From Eledone cirrhosa (lineage: Eukaryota): 64,000 nucleotides of DNA. The notes beneath the pieces are model-generated. The model made no database searches, was not told where the DNA came from, and saw only the letters and a list, made by a program, of their open reading frames with translations. Both the position numbers and the translations under genes were made by a program. Positions 44,801 through 57,504 of this stretch are shown in pieces. The stretch is from the NCBI GenBank assembly GCA_964016885.1, contig OZ024740.1, positions 421,414,001-421,478,000 of the forward strand, given 5' to 3'. The first letter of the stretch is position 1, and each line of letters opens with the position of its first letter.

Positions 44801-47800
44801 CTGGGTGCTTTTTGTTGTGACACCAACATGACCACTTTACAGTGTGTACTGGGTGCTTTTTGTTGTGAAACAAACATGACCACTTTACAGTGTGTACTGG
44901 GTGCTTTTTGTTGACACCATGACCACTTTACAGTGTGTACTGGGTGCTTTTTGTTGTGACACCAACATGAACATTTTACAGTGTGTACTGGCTGCTTTTT
45001 GTTGTGACACGAACATGACCCATTTACAGTGTGTACTGGGTGCTTTTTGTTGTGACACCAACATGACTACTTTACAGTGTGTACTGGGTGCTTTTTGTTG
45101 TGAAACCAACATGACAACTTTACAGTGTGTACTGGGTGCTTTTTGTTGTGAAACCAACATGACCACTTTACAGTGTGTACTGGGTGCTTTTTGTTGTGAC
45201 ACCAACATGACCACTTTACAGTGTGTACTGGGTGCTTTTTGTTGTGACACCAACATGACCACTTTACAGTGTGTACTGGGTGCTTTTTGTTGTGAAACCA
45301 ACATGACCACTTTACAGTGTGTACTGGGTGCTTTTTGTTGTGACACCAACATGACTACTTTACAGTGTGTACTGGGTGCTTTTTGTTGTGACACCAACAT
45401 GACTAGTTTACAGTGTGTACTGGGTGCTTTTTGTTGTGACACCAACATGACCACATTACAGTGTGTGCTGGGTGCTTTTTGTTGTGAAACCAACATGACC
45501 ACTTTACAGTGTGTACCGGGTGCTTTTTGTTGTGACACCAACATGACCACTTTACAGTGTGTACAGGGTGCTTTTTGTTGTGACACCAACATGACCACTT
45601 TACAGTGTGTACTGGGTGCTTTTTGTTGTGAAACCAACATGACCACTTTACAGTGTGTACTGGGTGCTTTTTGTTGTGACACCAACATGACTACTTTACA
45701 GTGTGTACTGGGTGCTTTTTGTTGTGACACCAACATGACTAGTTTACAGTGTGTACTGGGTGCTTTTTGTTGTGACACCAACATGACCACTTTACAGTGT
45801 GTACTGGGTCATTTTTGTTGTGAAACCAATATGACCACTTTACAGTGTGTACTGGGTGCTTTTTGTTGTGACACCAACATGACCACTTTACAGTGTGTAC
45901 TGGGTACTTTTTGTTGTGACACCAACATGAGCACTTTACAGTGTGTACTGGGTGCTTTTTGTTGTGACACCAACATGACCACTTTACAGTGTGTACTGGG
46001 TGCTTTTTGTTGTGAAACCAACATGACCACTTTACAGTGTGTACTGGGTGCTTTTTGTTGTGAAACCAACATGACCACTTTACAGTGTGTACTGGGTGCT
46101 TTTTGTTGTGAAACCAACATGACCACTTTATAGTGTGTACTGGGTGCTTTTTGTTGTGACACCAACATGACAACTTTACAGTGTGTACTGGGTGCTTGTT
46201 GTTGTGACACCAACATGACCACTTTACAGTGTGTACTGGGTGCTTTTTGTTGTGACACCAACATGACCACTTTACAGTGCGTACTGGGTGCTTTTTGTTG
46301 TGACACCAACATGACCACTTTACAGTGTGTACTGGGTGCTTTTTGTTGTGACACCAACATGACTACTTTACAGTGTGTACTGGGTGCTTTTTGTTGTGAA
46401 ACCAACATGACCACTTTACAGTGTGTACTGGGTGCTTTTTGTTGTGAAACCAACATGACCACTTTACAGTGTGTACTGGGTGCTTTTTGTTGTGACACCA
46501 ACATGACCACTTTACAGTGTGTACTGGGTGCTTTTTGTTGTGACACCAACATGACCACTTTACAGTGTGTACTGGGTGCTTTTTGTTCTGAAACCAACAT
46601 GACCACTTTACAGTGTGTACTGGGTGCTTTTTGTTGTGACACCACATGACTAGTTTACAGTGTGTACTGGGTGCTTTTTGTTGTGACACCAACATGACCA
46701 CTTTACAGTGTGTACTGGGTGCTTTTTGTTGTGACACCAACATGACCACTTTACAGTGCGTACTGGGTGCTTTTTGTTGTAACACCAACATGACCACTTT
46801 ACAGTGTGTACTGGGTGCTTTTTGTTGTGAAACCAACATGACCACTTTACAGTGTGTACTGGGTGCTTTTTTTTGACACCAACATGACCACTTTACAGTG
46901 TGTACTGGGTGCTTTTTGTTGTGACACCAACATGAACATTTTACAGTGTATACTGGGTGCTTTTTGTTGTGACACCAACATGACCACTTTACAGTGTGTA
47001 CTGGGTGCTTTTTGTTGTGACACCAACATGACTACTTTACAGTGTGTACTGGGTGCTTTTTGTTGTGAAACCAACATGACAACTTTACAGTGTGTACTGG
47101 GTGCTTTTTGTTGTGAAACCAACATGACCACTTTACAGTGTGTACTGGGCGCTTTTTGTTGTGACACCAACATGACCACTTTACAGTGTGTACTGGGTGC
47201 TTTTTGTTGTGAAACCAACATGACCACTTTACAGTGTGTACTGGGTGCTTTTTGTTGTGAAACCAACATGACCACTTTACAGTGTGTACTGGGTGCTTTT
47301 TGTTGTGACACCAACATGACCACTTTACAGTGTGTACTGGGTGCTTTTTGTTGTGACACCAACATGACTACTTTACAGTGTGTACTGGGTGCTTTTTGTT
47401 GTGAAACCAACATGACCACTTTACAGTGTGTACTGGGTGCTTTTTGTTGCGACACCATCATGACCACTTTACAGTGTGTACTGGGTACTTTTTGTTGTGA
47501 CACCAACATGAGCACTTTACAGTGTGTACTGGGTGCTTTTTGTTGTGACACCAACATGACCACTTTACAGTGTGTGCTGGGTGCTTTTTGTTGTGAAACC
47601 AACATGACCACTTTACAGTGTGTACTGGGTGCTTTTTGTTGTGACACCAACATGACCGCTTTACAGTGTGTACTGGGAGGCTTTTTGTTGACACCAACAT
47701 GACCACTTTACAGTGTGTACTGGGTGCTTTTTGTTGTGACACCAACATGAACATTTTACAGTGTGTACTGGGTGCTTTTTGTTGTGACACCAACATGACC

Positions 47801-50800
47801 ACTTTACAGTGTGTACTGGGTGCTTTTTGTTGTGAAACCAACATAACCACTTTACAGTGTGTACTGGGTGCTTTTTGTTGTGAAACCAACATGACCACTT
47901 TACAGTGTGTACTGGGTGCTTTTTGTTGTGAAACAAACATGACCACTTTACAGTGTGTACTGGGTGCTTTTTGTTGACACCATGACCACTTTACAGTGTG
48001 TACTGGGTGCTTTTTGTTGTGACACCAACATGAACATTTTACAGTGTGTACTGGCTGCTTTTTGTTGTGACACGAACATGACCCATTTACAGTGTGTACT
48101 GGGTGCTTTTTGTTGTGACACCAACATGACTACTTTACAGTGTGTACTGGGTGCTTTTTGTTGTGAAACCAACATGACAACTTTACAGTGTGTACTGGGT
48201 GCTTTTTGTTGTGAAACCAACATGACCACTTTACAGTGTGTACTGGGTGCTTTTTGTTGTGACACCAACATGACCACTTTACAGTGTGTACTGGGTGCTT
48301 TTTGTTGTGACACCAACATGACCACTTTACAGTGTGTACTGGGTGCTTTTTGTTGTGAAACCAACATGACCACTTTACAGTGTGTACTGGGTGCTTTTTG
48401 TTGTGACACCAACATGACTACTTTACAGTGTGTACTGGGTGCTTTTTGTTGTGACACCAACATGACTAGTTTACAGTGTGTACTGGGTGCTTTTTGTTGT
48501 GACACCAACATGACCACATTACAGTGTGTGCTGGGTGCTTTTTGTTGTGAAACCAACATGACCACTTTACAGTGTGTACCGGGTGCTTTTTGTTGTGACA
48601 CCAACATGACCACTTTACAGTGTGCTTTTTGTTGTGACACCAACATGACCACTTTACAGTGTGTACTGGGTGCTTTTTGTTGTGAAACCAACATGACCAC
48701 TTTACAGTGTGTACTGGGTGCTTTTTGTTGTGACACCAACATGACTACTTTACAGTGTGTACTGGGTGCTTTTTGTTGTGACACCAACATGACTAGTTTA
48801 CAGTGTGTACTGGGTGCTTTTTGTTGTGACACCAACATGACCACTTTACAGTGTGTACTGGGTGCTTTTTGTTGTGAAACCAATATGACCACTTTACAGT
48901 GTGTACTGGGTGCTTTTTGTTGTGACACCAACATGACCACTTTACAGTGTGTACTGGGTACTTTTTGTTGTGAAACCAACATGAGCACTTTACAGTGTGT
49001 ACTGGGTGCTTTTTGTTGTGACACCAACATGACCACTTTACAGTGTGTACTGGGTGCTTTTTGTTGTGAAACCAACATGACCACTTTACAGTGTGTACTG
49101 GGTGCTTTTTGTTGTGAAACCAACATGACCACTTTACAGTGTGTACTGGGTGCTTTTTGTTGTGAAACCAACATGACCACTTTATAGTGTGTACTGGGTG
49201 CTTTTTGTTGTGACACCAACATGACAACTTTACAGTGTGTACTGGGTGCTTGTTGTTGTGACACCAACATGACCACTTTACAGTGTGTACTGGGTGCTTT
49301 TTGTTGTGACACCAACATGACCACTTTACAGTGCGTACTGGGTGCTTTTTGTTGTGACACCAACATGACCACTTTACAGTGTGTACTGGGTGCTTTTTGT
49401 TGTGACACCAACATGACTACTTTACAGTGTGTACTGGGTGCTTTTTGTTGTGAAACCAACATGACCACTTTACAGTGTGTACTGGGTGCTTTTTGTTGTG
49501 AAACCAACATGACCACTTTACAGTGTGTACTGGGTGCTTTTTGTTGTGACACCAACATGACCACTTTACAGTGTGTACTGGGTGCTTTTTGTTCTGAAAC
49601 CAACATGACCACTTTACAGTGTGTACTGGGTGCTTTTTGTTGTGACACCAACATGACCACTTTACAGTGTGTACTGGGTGCTTTTTGTTGTGAAACCAAT
49701 ATGACCACTTTACAGTGTGTACTGGGTGCTTTTTGTTGTGACACCAACATGACCACTTTACAGTGTGTACTGGGTACTTTTTGTTGTGAAACCAACATGA
49801 GCACTTTACAGTGTGTACTGGGTGCTTTTTGTTGTGACACCAACATGACCACTTTACAGTGTGTACTGGGTGCTTTTTGTTGTGAAACCAACATGACCAC
49901 TTTACAGTGTGTACTGGGTGCTTTTTGTTGTGAAACCAACATGACCACTTTACAGTGTGTACTGGGTGCTTTTTGTTGTGAAACCAACATGACCACTTTA
50001 TAGTGTGTACTGGGTGCTTTTTGTTGTGACACCAACATGACAACTTTACAGTGTGTACTGGGTGCTTGTTGTTGTGACACCAACATGACCACTTTACAGT
50101 GTGTACTGGGTGCTTTTTGTTGTGACACCAACATGACCACTTTACAGTGCGTACTGGGTGCTTTTTGTTGTGACACCAACATGACCACTTTACAGTGTGT
50201 ACTGGGTGCTTTTTGTTGTGACACCAACATGACTACTTTACAGTGTGTACTGGGTGCTTTTTGTTGTGAAACCAACATGACCACTTTACAGTGTGTACTG
50301 GGTGCTTTTTGTTGTGAAACCAACATGACCACTTTACAGTGTGTACTGGGTGCTTTTTGTTGTGACACCAACATGACCACTTTACAGTGTGTACTGGGTG
50401 CTTTTTGTTCTGAAACCAACATGACCACTTTACAGTGTGTACTGGGTGCTTTTTGTTGTGACACCACATGACTAGTTTACAGTGTGTACTGGGTGCTTTT
50501 TGTTGTGACACCAACATGACCACTTTACAGTGTGTACTGGGTGCTTTTTGTTGTGACACCAACATGACCACTTTACAGTGCGTACTGGGTGCTTTTTGTT
50601 GTAACACCAACATGACCACTTTACAGTGTGTACTGGGTGCTTTTTGTTGTGAAACCAACATGACCACTTTACAGTGTGTACTGGGTGCTTTTTGTTGACA
50701 CCAACATGACCACTTTACAGTGTGTACTGGGTGCTTTTTGTTGTGACACCAACATGAACATTTTACAGTGTATACTGGGTGCTTTTTGTTGTGACACCAA

Positions 50801-52456
50801 CATGACCACTTTACAGTGTGTACTGGGTGCTTTTTGTTGTGACACCAACATGACTACTTTACAGTGTGTACTGGGTGCTTTTTGTTGTGAAACCAACATG
50901 ACAACTTTACAGTGTGTACTGGGTGCTTTTTGTTGTGAAACCAACATGACCACTTTACAGTGTGTACTGGGTGCTTTTTGTTGTGACACCAACATGACCA
51001 CTTTACAGTGTGTACTGGGTGCTTTTTGTTGTGAAACCAACATGACCACTTTACAGTGTGTACTGGGTGCTTTTTGTTGTGACACCAACATGACCACTTT
51101 ACAGTGTGTACTGGGTGCTTTTTGTTGTGAAACCAACATGACCACTTTACAGTGTGTACTGGGTGCTTTTTGTTGTGACACCAACATGACCACTTTACAG
51201 TGTGTGCTGGGTGCTTTTTGTTGTGAAACCAACATGACCACTTTACAGTGTGTACTGGGTGCTTTTTGTTGTGACACCAACATGACCACTTTACAGTGCG
51301 TACTGGGTGCTTTTTGTTGTAACACCAACATGACCACTTTACAGTGTGTACTGGGTGCTTTTTGTTGTGAAACAAACATGACCACTTTACAGTGTGTACT
51401 GGGTGCTTTTTGTTGACACCAACATGACCACTTTACAGTGTGTACTGGGTGCTTTTTGTTGTGACACCAACATGAACATTTTACAGTGTATACTGGGTGC
51501 TTTTTGTTGTGACACCAACATGACCACTTTACAGTGTGTACTGGGTGCTTTTTGTTGTGACACCAACATGACTACTTTACAGTGTGTACTGGGTGCTTTT
51601 TGTTGTGAAACCAACATGACAACTTTACAGTGTGTACTGGGTGCTTTTTGTTGTGAAACCAACATGACCACTTTACAGTGTGTACTGGGTGCTTTTTGTT
51701 GTGACACCAACATGACCACTTTACAGTGTGTACTGGGTGCTTTTTGTTGTGAAACCAACATGACCACTTTACAGTGTGTACTGGGTGCTTTTTGTTGTGA
51801 CACCAACATGACCACTTTACAGTGTGTACTGGGTGCTTTTTGTTGTGAAACCAACATGACCACTTTACAGTGTGTACTGGGTGCTTTTTGTTGTGACACC
51901 AACATGACCACTTTACAGTGTGTGCTGGGTGCTTTTTGTTGTGAAACCAACATGACCACTTTACAGTGTGTACTGGGTGCTTTTTGTTGTGACACTAACA
52001 TGACCACTTTACAGTGTGTACTGGGTGCTTTTTGTTGTGACACCAACATGACCACTTTACAGTGTGTACTGGGTGCTTTTTGTTGTGAAACCAACATGAC
52101 CCCTTTACAGTGTGTAATGGGTGCTTTTTGTTGTGACACCAACATGACCACTTTACAGTGTGTACTGGGTGCTTTTTGTTGTGAAACCAATACGACCACT
52201 TTACAGTGTGTACTGGGTGCTTTTTGTTGTGACACCAACATGACCACTTTACAGTGTGTACTGGGTAATTTTTGTTGTGACACCAACATGAGCACTTTAC
52301 AGTGTGTGCTGGGTGCTTTTTGTTGTGACACCAACATGACCACTTTACAGTGTGTGCTGGGTGCTTTTTGTTGTGAAACCAACATGACCACTTTACAGTG
52401 TGTACTGGGTGCTTTTTGTTGTGACACCAACATGACCACTTTACAGTGTGTACTGG
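35891..52456. repeat. 48-bp satellite (GTACTGGGTGCTTTTTGTTGTGACACCAACATGACCACTTTACAGTGT)n, about 345 copies, intronic
   Basis: Direct reading; 16-aa periodic ORFs (MTTLQCVLGAFCCDTN). Confidence 0.99.
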
Positions 52457-54179
52457 ACTGTCACCTCAACAGTAATAAACACTCACATTATTGACAATGT
52501 TCTGGCTGTCACCTCAACAGTAATAAACACTCACTTTATTGACAATGTCCTGGACTGTCACCTCAACAGTAGTAAACACTCACATTATTGACAATGTCCT
52601 GGACTGTCACCTCAACAGTAATAAACACTCACTTTATTGACAATGTCCTGGACTGTCACCTCAACAGTAGTAAACACTCACATTATTGACAATGTCCTGG
52701 ACTGTCACCTCAACAGTACTAAACACTCACTTTATTGACAATGTCCTGGACTGTCACCTCAACAGTAGTAAACACTCACATTATTGACAATGTCCTGGAC
52801 TGTCACCTCAACAGTAATAAACACTCACTATATTGACAATGTCCTGGACTGTCACCTCAACAGTAATAAACACTCACTATATTGACAATGTCCTGGACTG
52901 TCACCTCAACAGTAATAAACACTCACATTATTGACAATGTCCTGGACTGTCACCTCAACAGTAATAAACACTCACTTTATTGACAATGTCCTGGACTGTC
53001 ACCTCAACAGTAATAAACTCACATTATTGACAATGTCCTGGACTGTCACCTCAACAGTAAGAAACACTCACTTTATTGACAATGTCCTGGACTGTCACCT
53101 CAACAGTAATAAACACTCACTTTATTGACAATTTCCTGGACTGTCACCTCAACAGTAATAAACACACATTATTGACAATGTCCTGGACTGTCACCTCAAC
53201 AGTAATAAACACTCACTATATTGACAATGTCCTGGACTGTCACCTCAACAGTAATAAACACTCACATTATTGACAATGTCCTGGACTGTCACCTCAACAG
53301 TAATAAACACTCACTTTATTGACAATGTCCTGGACTGTCACCTCAACAGTAATAAACACTCACATTATTGACAATGTCCTGGACTGTCACCTCAACAGTA
53401 ATAAACACTCACATTATTGACAATGTCCTGGACTGTCACCTCAACAGTAATAAACACTCACTATATTGACAATGTCCTGGACTGTCACCTCAACAGTAAT
53501 AAACACTCACTATATTGACAATGTCCTGGACTGTCACCTCAACAGTAATAAACACTCACTATATTGACAATGTCCTGGACTGTCACCTCAACAGTAATAA
53601 ACACTCACTATATTGACAATGTCCTGGACTGTCACATCAACAGTAATAAACACTCACTATATTGATAATGTCCTGGACTGTCACCTCAACAGTAATAAAC
53701 ACTCACATTATTGACAATGTCCTGGACTGTCACCTCAACAGTAATAAACACTCACATTATTGACAATGTCCTGGACTGTCACCTCAACAGTAATAAACAC
53801 TCACTATATTGACAATGTCCTGGACTGTCACCTCAACAGTAATAAACACTCACTATATTGACAATGTCCTGGACTGTCACCTCAACAGTAATAAACACTC
53901 ACTATATTGACAATGTCCTGGACTGTCACCTCAACAGTAATAAACACTCACTATATTGACAATGTCCTGGACTGTCACATCAACAGTAATAAACACTCAC
54001 TATATTGATAATGTCCTGGACTGTCACCTCAACAGTAATAAACACTCACATTATTGACAATGTCCTGGACTGTCACCTCAACAGTAATAAACACTCACAT
54101 TATTGACAATATCTTGCACTGTCACCTCAACAGTAATAAACACTCACTTTATTGACAATGTCTTGGACTGTCACCTCAA
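52453..54179. repeat. 49-bp tandem array made from the exon B donor junction, about 35 units
   Basis: Unit CTGGACTGTCACCTCAACAGTAATAAACACTCAC(TTT/ATT/TAT)ATTGACAATGTC. The right-most copy is the coding end of exon B (54148-54179). Confidence 0.97.
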
Positions 54180-54388
54180 GCAATGATGTTAAGTTAGCAA
54201 TACGTGTTTGGTAAGTGACAGCTAACATGGGTAATTTGGTCAAGAAAACCTGCAGGTGACCATACGACGTTGAAATTGCCATCAATTGCCCATCTTCAGT
54301 CCACTGCATTTTGTCAATGGTACAATCTTCTTTGAGTTGACGTATAGTATAGATTTCTTGTGGGTCATTCATTTCATGAATACGAACA
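54148..54388 (-). CDS. WDR19: WDR19 exon B (241 bp): VRIHEMNDPQ...WTEDGQLMAISTSYGHLQVFLTKLP...LTSLLEVTVQDIVNK
   Basis: Acceptor tttcatcttcag|T, donor AAA|gtgagt. Contained in ORF 54127..54408. Strong WDR19 motifs. Confidence 0.93.
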
Positions 54389-55479
54389 CTGAAGATGAAA
54401 TAAAACAAAAATAAAACTTAATTAAGTAATATTACCCTTTTGTGTCTTAACTTGTTGCTAATTAAATCTCATATCGTTATACATTGAACATCTGAGCAGT
54501 TAATTTATTCAGTCATAATTAGATTACTCAACAACTAGTACACATTTATTTTTCTGAAAATGATGGTTAACAACTTAAGATGTTTTGGTATTATTCTGAC
54601 CTCATCAGCAAAATAGCCCCCATTGTATTTTCCTGAGGAAATTATTGTACATTGATTGGCATAGGTAAACAGAATTGTATATTGTCTCTGAGTTATTTAT
54701 TCTCTACAGAATTCTGATGAGGTCAGAATAAGACTGAAATGTATCCAGTCATTTGTATTTGCAGAATAAAATGACTTCAAAGATGCTTTATAATGTTTCC
54801 TGTATTAAATATATTAATATTAACTGAACCCTCATACTACTAGTTTGACCAACTGTAATTCTGCTAGCCACTATGGCAGAAGATAGTAGTTTTCTCTGAT
54901 ATCACACAATTGGAATCAAACCCCAAACCACATGAGTGTGAAGTAAACTTCTAAACCAGACACCCATGTCAGTGGCATCAGATACATCATCATCATCATC
55001 ACCGTTTTACGTCCATTCTTCCAAGCTAGCAGGAGTTAGACAGGTTGTCCTGTTGTGGGCAGTGTCCAGTCGGCTGACTTTGTCTTGCTCATACAGGAAC
55101 TGGTTCTGGCTTGATTTCTACAGCTTGATGCCCTTCCTAACACCAACCTCATTTACAGTGAGTGTTGGGTGCTTTTTTACCGTGGCACCTCCACATCCAC
55201 TTTGCAGCGTGAGGGGCGGGGGCATATTGTCAATATGCTTCAGTTTCGACTTGTTTGAATATACAATGAATATATTTTATTAATCTCTAAAGGATGAAAA
55301 GTTCATCTCAATGAGATTACAATAATTGATATTACTGTTGATTCCAGTTAATTACATAACTTTTCAAGACATTAAATCATTTAACATCGAATATATGTAA
55401 AATTGATTGGTAAATTCCATATAGAAATAAAGTCAATTTTAGTTAATTGGTTAAAATTTTTCTCATTTTGAATTTAGAA

Positions 55480-56208
55480 AATCTAGACTATATAATCTAG
55501 ATTATATAATCTCCAGACTATATAATACAGACTATATAATCTAGACTATATAATACAGACTATATAAGCCAGACAATATAATCTCCAGACTATATAATCT
55601 CCAGATTATATAATCTGGAGACTATATAATCTCCAGACTATATAATCTAGACTATATAATCTCCAGAGTATATAATCTAGACTATATAATCTCCAAACTA
55701 TATAATCTAGACTATATAATCTCCAGACTATATAATCTAGAGACTATATAATCTAGACTATATAATCTACAGACTATATAATCTCCAGACTATATAATCT
55801 ACAGACTGTATAATTTGCAGACTATGTAATCTCCAGACTATATAATCTAGACTATATAATCTTCAGACTATATAATCTCCAGATTATATAATCTCCAGAC
55901 TATATAATCTCCAGACTATATAATCTACAGACTATATAATCTACAGACTATATAATCTGGAGACTATATAATCTACAGACTATATAATCTCCAGACTATA
56001 TAATCTACAGACTATATAATCTCCAGACTATATAATCTACAGACTATATAATCTGGAGACTATATAATCTACAGACTATATAATCTCCAGACTATATAAT
56101 CTAGACTATATAATTTCCAGACTATATAATCTCCAGACTATATAATCTCCAGACTATATAATCTCCAGACTATAATCTACAGACTATATAATCTGGAGAC
56201 TATATAAT
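55480..56208. repeat. 14-16-bp minisatellite (CT[CC/AC/GG]AGACTATATAAT)n
   Basis: Direct reading; starts about 33 nt into the intron after the exon A donor. Confidence 0.96.
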
Positions 56209-56241
56209 CAAGAAATCTCAAAACTGAGATAATATTATTAC

Positions 56242-56333
56242 CTGTTGCCACCAGATGTCGCTACTTTGTTCAAATATGGAGACAATGCAATATTTGTCAG
56301 GCCTTCTTTGTGGTCTAATGTTGAAAATAGTTC
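56242..56333 (-). CDS. WDR19: WDR19 exon A (92 bp): ELFSTLDHKEGLTNIALSPYLNKVATSGGN(S)
   Basis: Acceptor atcag|GAA, donor AG|gtaata. Ends phase 2, matching the 1-nt start of the next exon. Resembles human [30 protein letters not shown]. Confidence 0.9.
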
Positions 56334-57504
56334 CTGATTAATAACAATGAAAAACAATTAATTAATATAACAATGATTAATATTTAATAAAGATAACAAA
56401 CAATACAAAGGGTCTTTGGAGTAATGTTACTTGATAAAGTGATCAGAGAATCACTCTAGGTAGAACTACTACTTCTCCGAATTGAGAGATCACAGCTCTG
56501 ATACTATGGCTATGTGGTTAGAATGTCTCATTCTCAAATGTTGCAGGTGAGCTGTTTAAACAGTTATAGTGTTTTAATGCCATACTCTTCCTTTCAAACC
56601 CAACTGTATTTAGTGGTGCCAGTGTCAAGGATGAGAAGAGGTTGTTAGGCAGAGGTGATTGTGTTGTACATGCTATATAGAGCAACCCTTTAGGGGGCAC
56701 TGAAAGTTCCCCCCAACTGTCCAGCTTCAGTGATATTGAACCTAGAGACACCAATAAATCAATAGGAATACATCAATGATATTCAACCAGTTACATTAAG
56801 TAAATGTGACAGAATCTACTTAGCTGAATCAATAACAGTAAATAATAAGGATTAAGTCAATATTGTTATACCATTAATGTTAAGTTAAAGGGACTAACTG
56901 AATATGACTGAGGTGACCCTTTTGATACCAAACTGCTTAAAACAGCCTATCCTATGATAGCCATATCAAGGGTACCTCGTGTAGGATGTGGTTTTTCACC
57001 ACACAGGTCAGCAGGTTAGTCTTCAAACTGAGAGAGGTTAAGTCTTCAGCTTGAATGAACATATAATGCATGTCATCATTTCACTGAGTGACATACCAGA
57101 CACTGGGTCACCTAGGGATGCCACAAAAGACTATCCAGTGCCAACCAACACTGCACACACTAAATCAATAGACTAAATCAGAAAAGGGCTATAAATCTAT
57201 AGGATTTACTCAGAATTACATCATTAAATTTAAGTTGACTAAGTAACTAGTGATAGATCATTAGAGTTAGATCAATAAACATAGAAAGAAGTAAATCAGT
57301 AGAAAATATCAATGGTTGCTAAGTTATAAATATTTAATCAATAACAGTAATTCAATAATACTATGGGAACAGTTGATTTTAATAATGCAATTCTATTGAA
57401 TTACAACATTAAAGTAAAATTGTTTGGGTTAAATAAATAGAACTAAAATAGGTTCCATTTTGATTTGATGTCAGAAGAGTGAATCACTAAACTAGGGACC
57501 ATAA

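Larger units (their letters stand above)
1..56333 (-). other. WDR19: WDR19/IFT144 gene body, partial (internal exons and introns; gene runs off both window ends)
   Basis: Eight GT-AG exons splice in frame to ELFSTLDHKEGLTNIALSPYLNKVATSGGNS-VRIHEM...WTEDGQLMAIST...FLTKLP...LTSLLEVTV...EPSFIALGPTHLAVGMNN...YFYLEDW...GVLWE...NTLQG, colinear with human WDR19 as I recall it (WTDDGQLLALST, FLTKLP, LTSLLEVTV, HLAVGMNNRAWFY, YFYIEDW, KGVLWE). Confidence 0.93.

Noticed and set aside
35865-52494. Cys-rich repeat ORFs (MTTLQCVLGAFCCDTN; VSQQKAPSTHCKVVML) resembling metallothionein or keratin-associated proteins
   Set aside because: Translation of a 48-bp satellite derived from a dispersed repeat; frequent frameshifts and no unique termini.
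56400-57500. Possible further WDR19 exon (ORF 56518..56754)
   Set aside because: I could not recognise WDR19 similarity or consistent splice borders; the upstream exon probably lies beyond the window.
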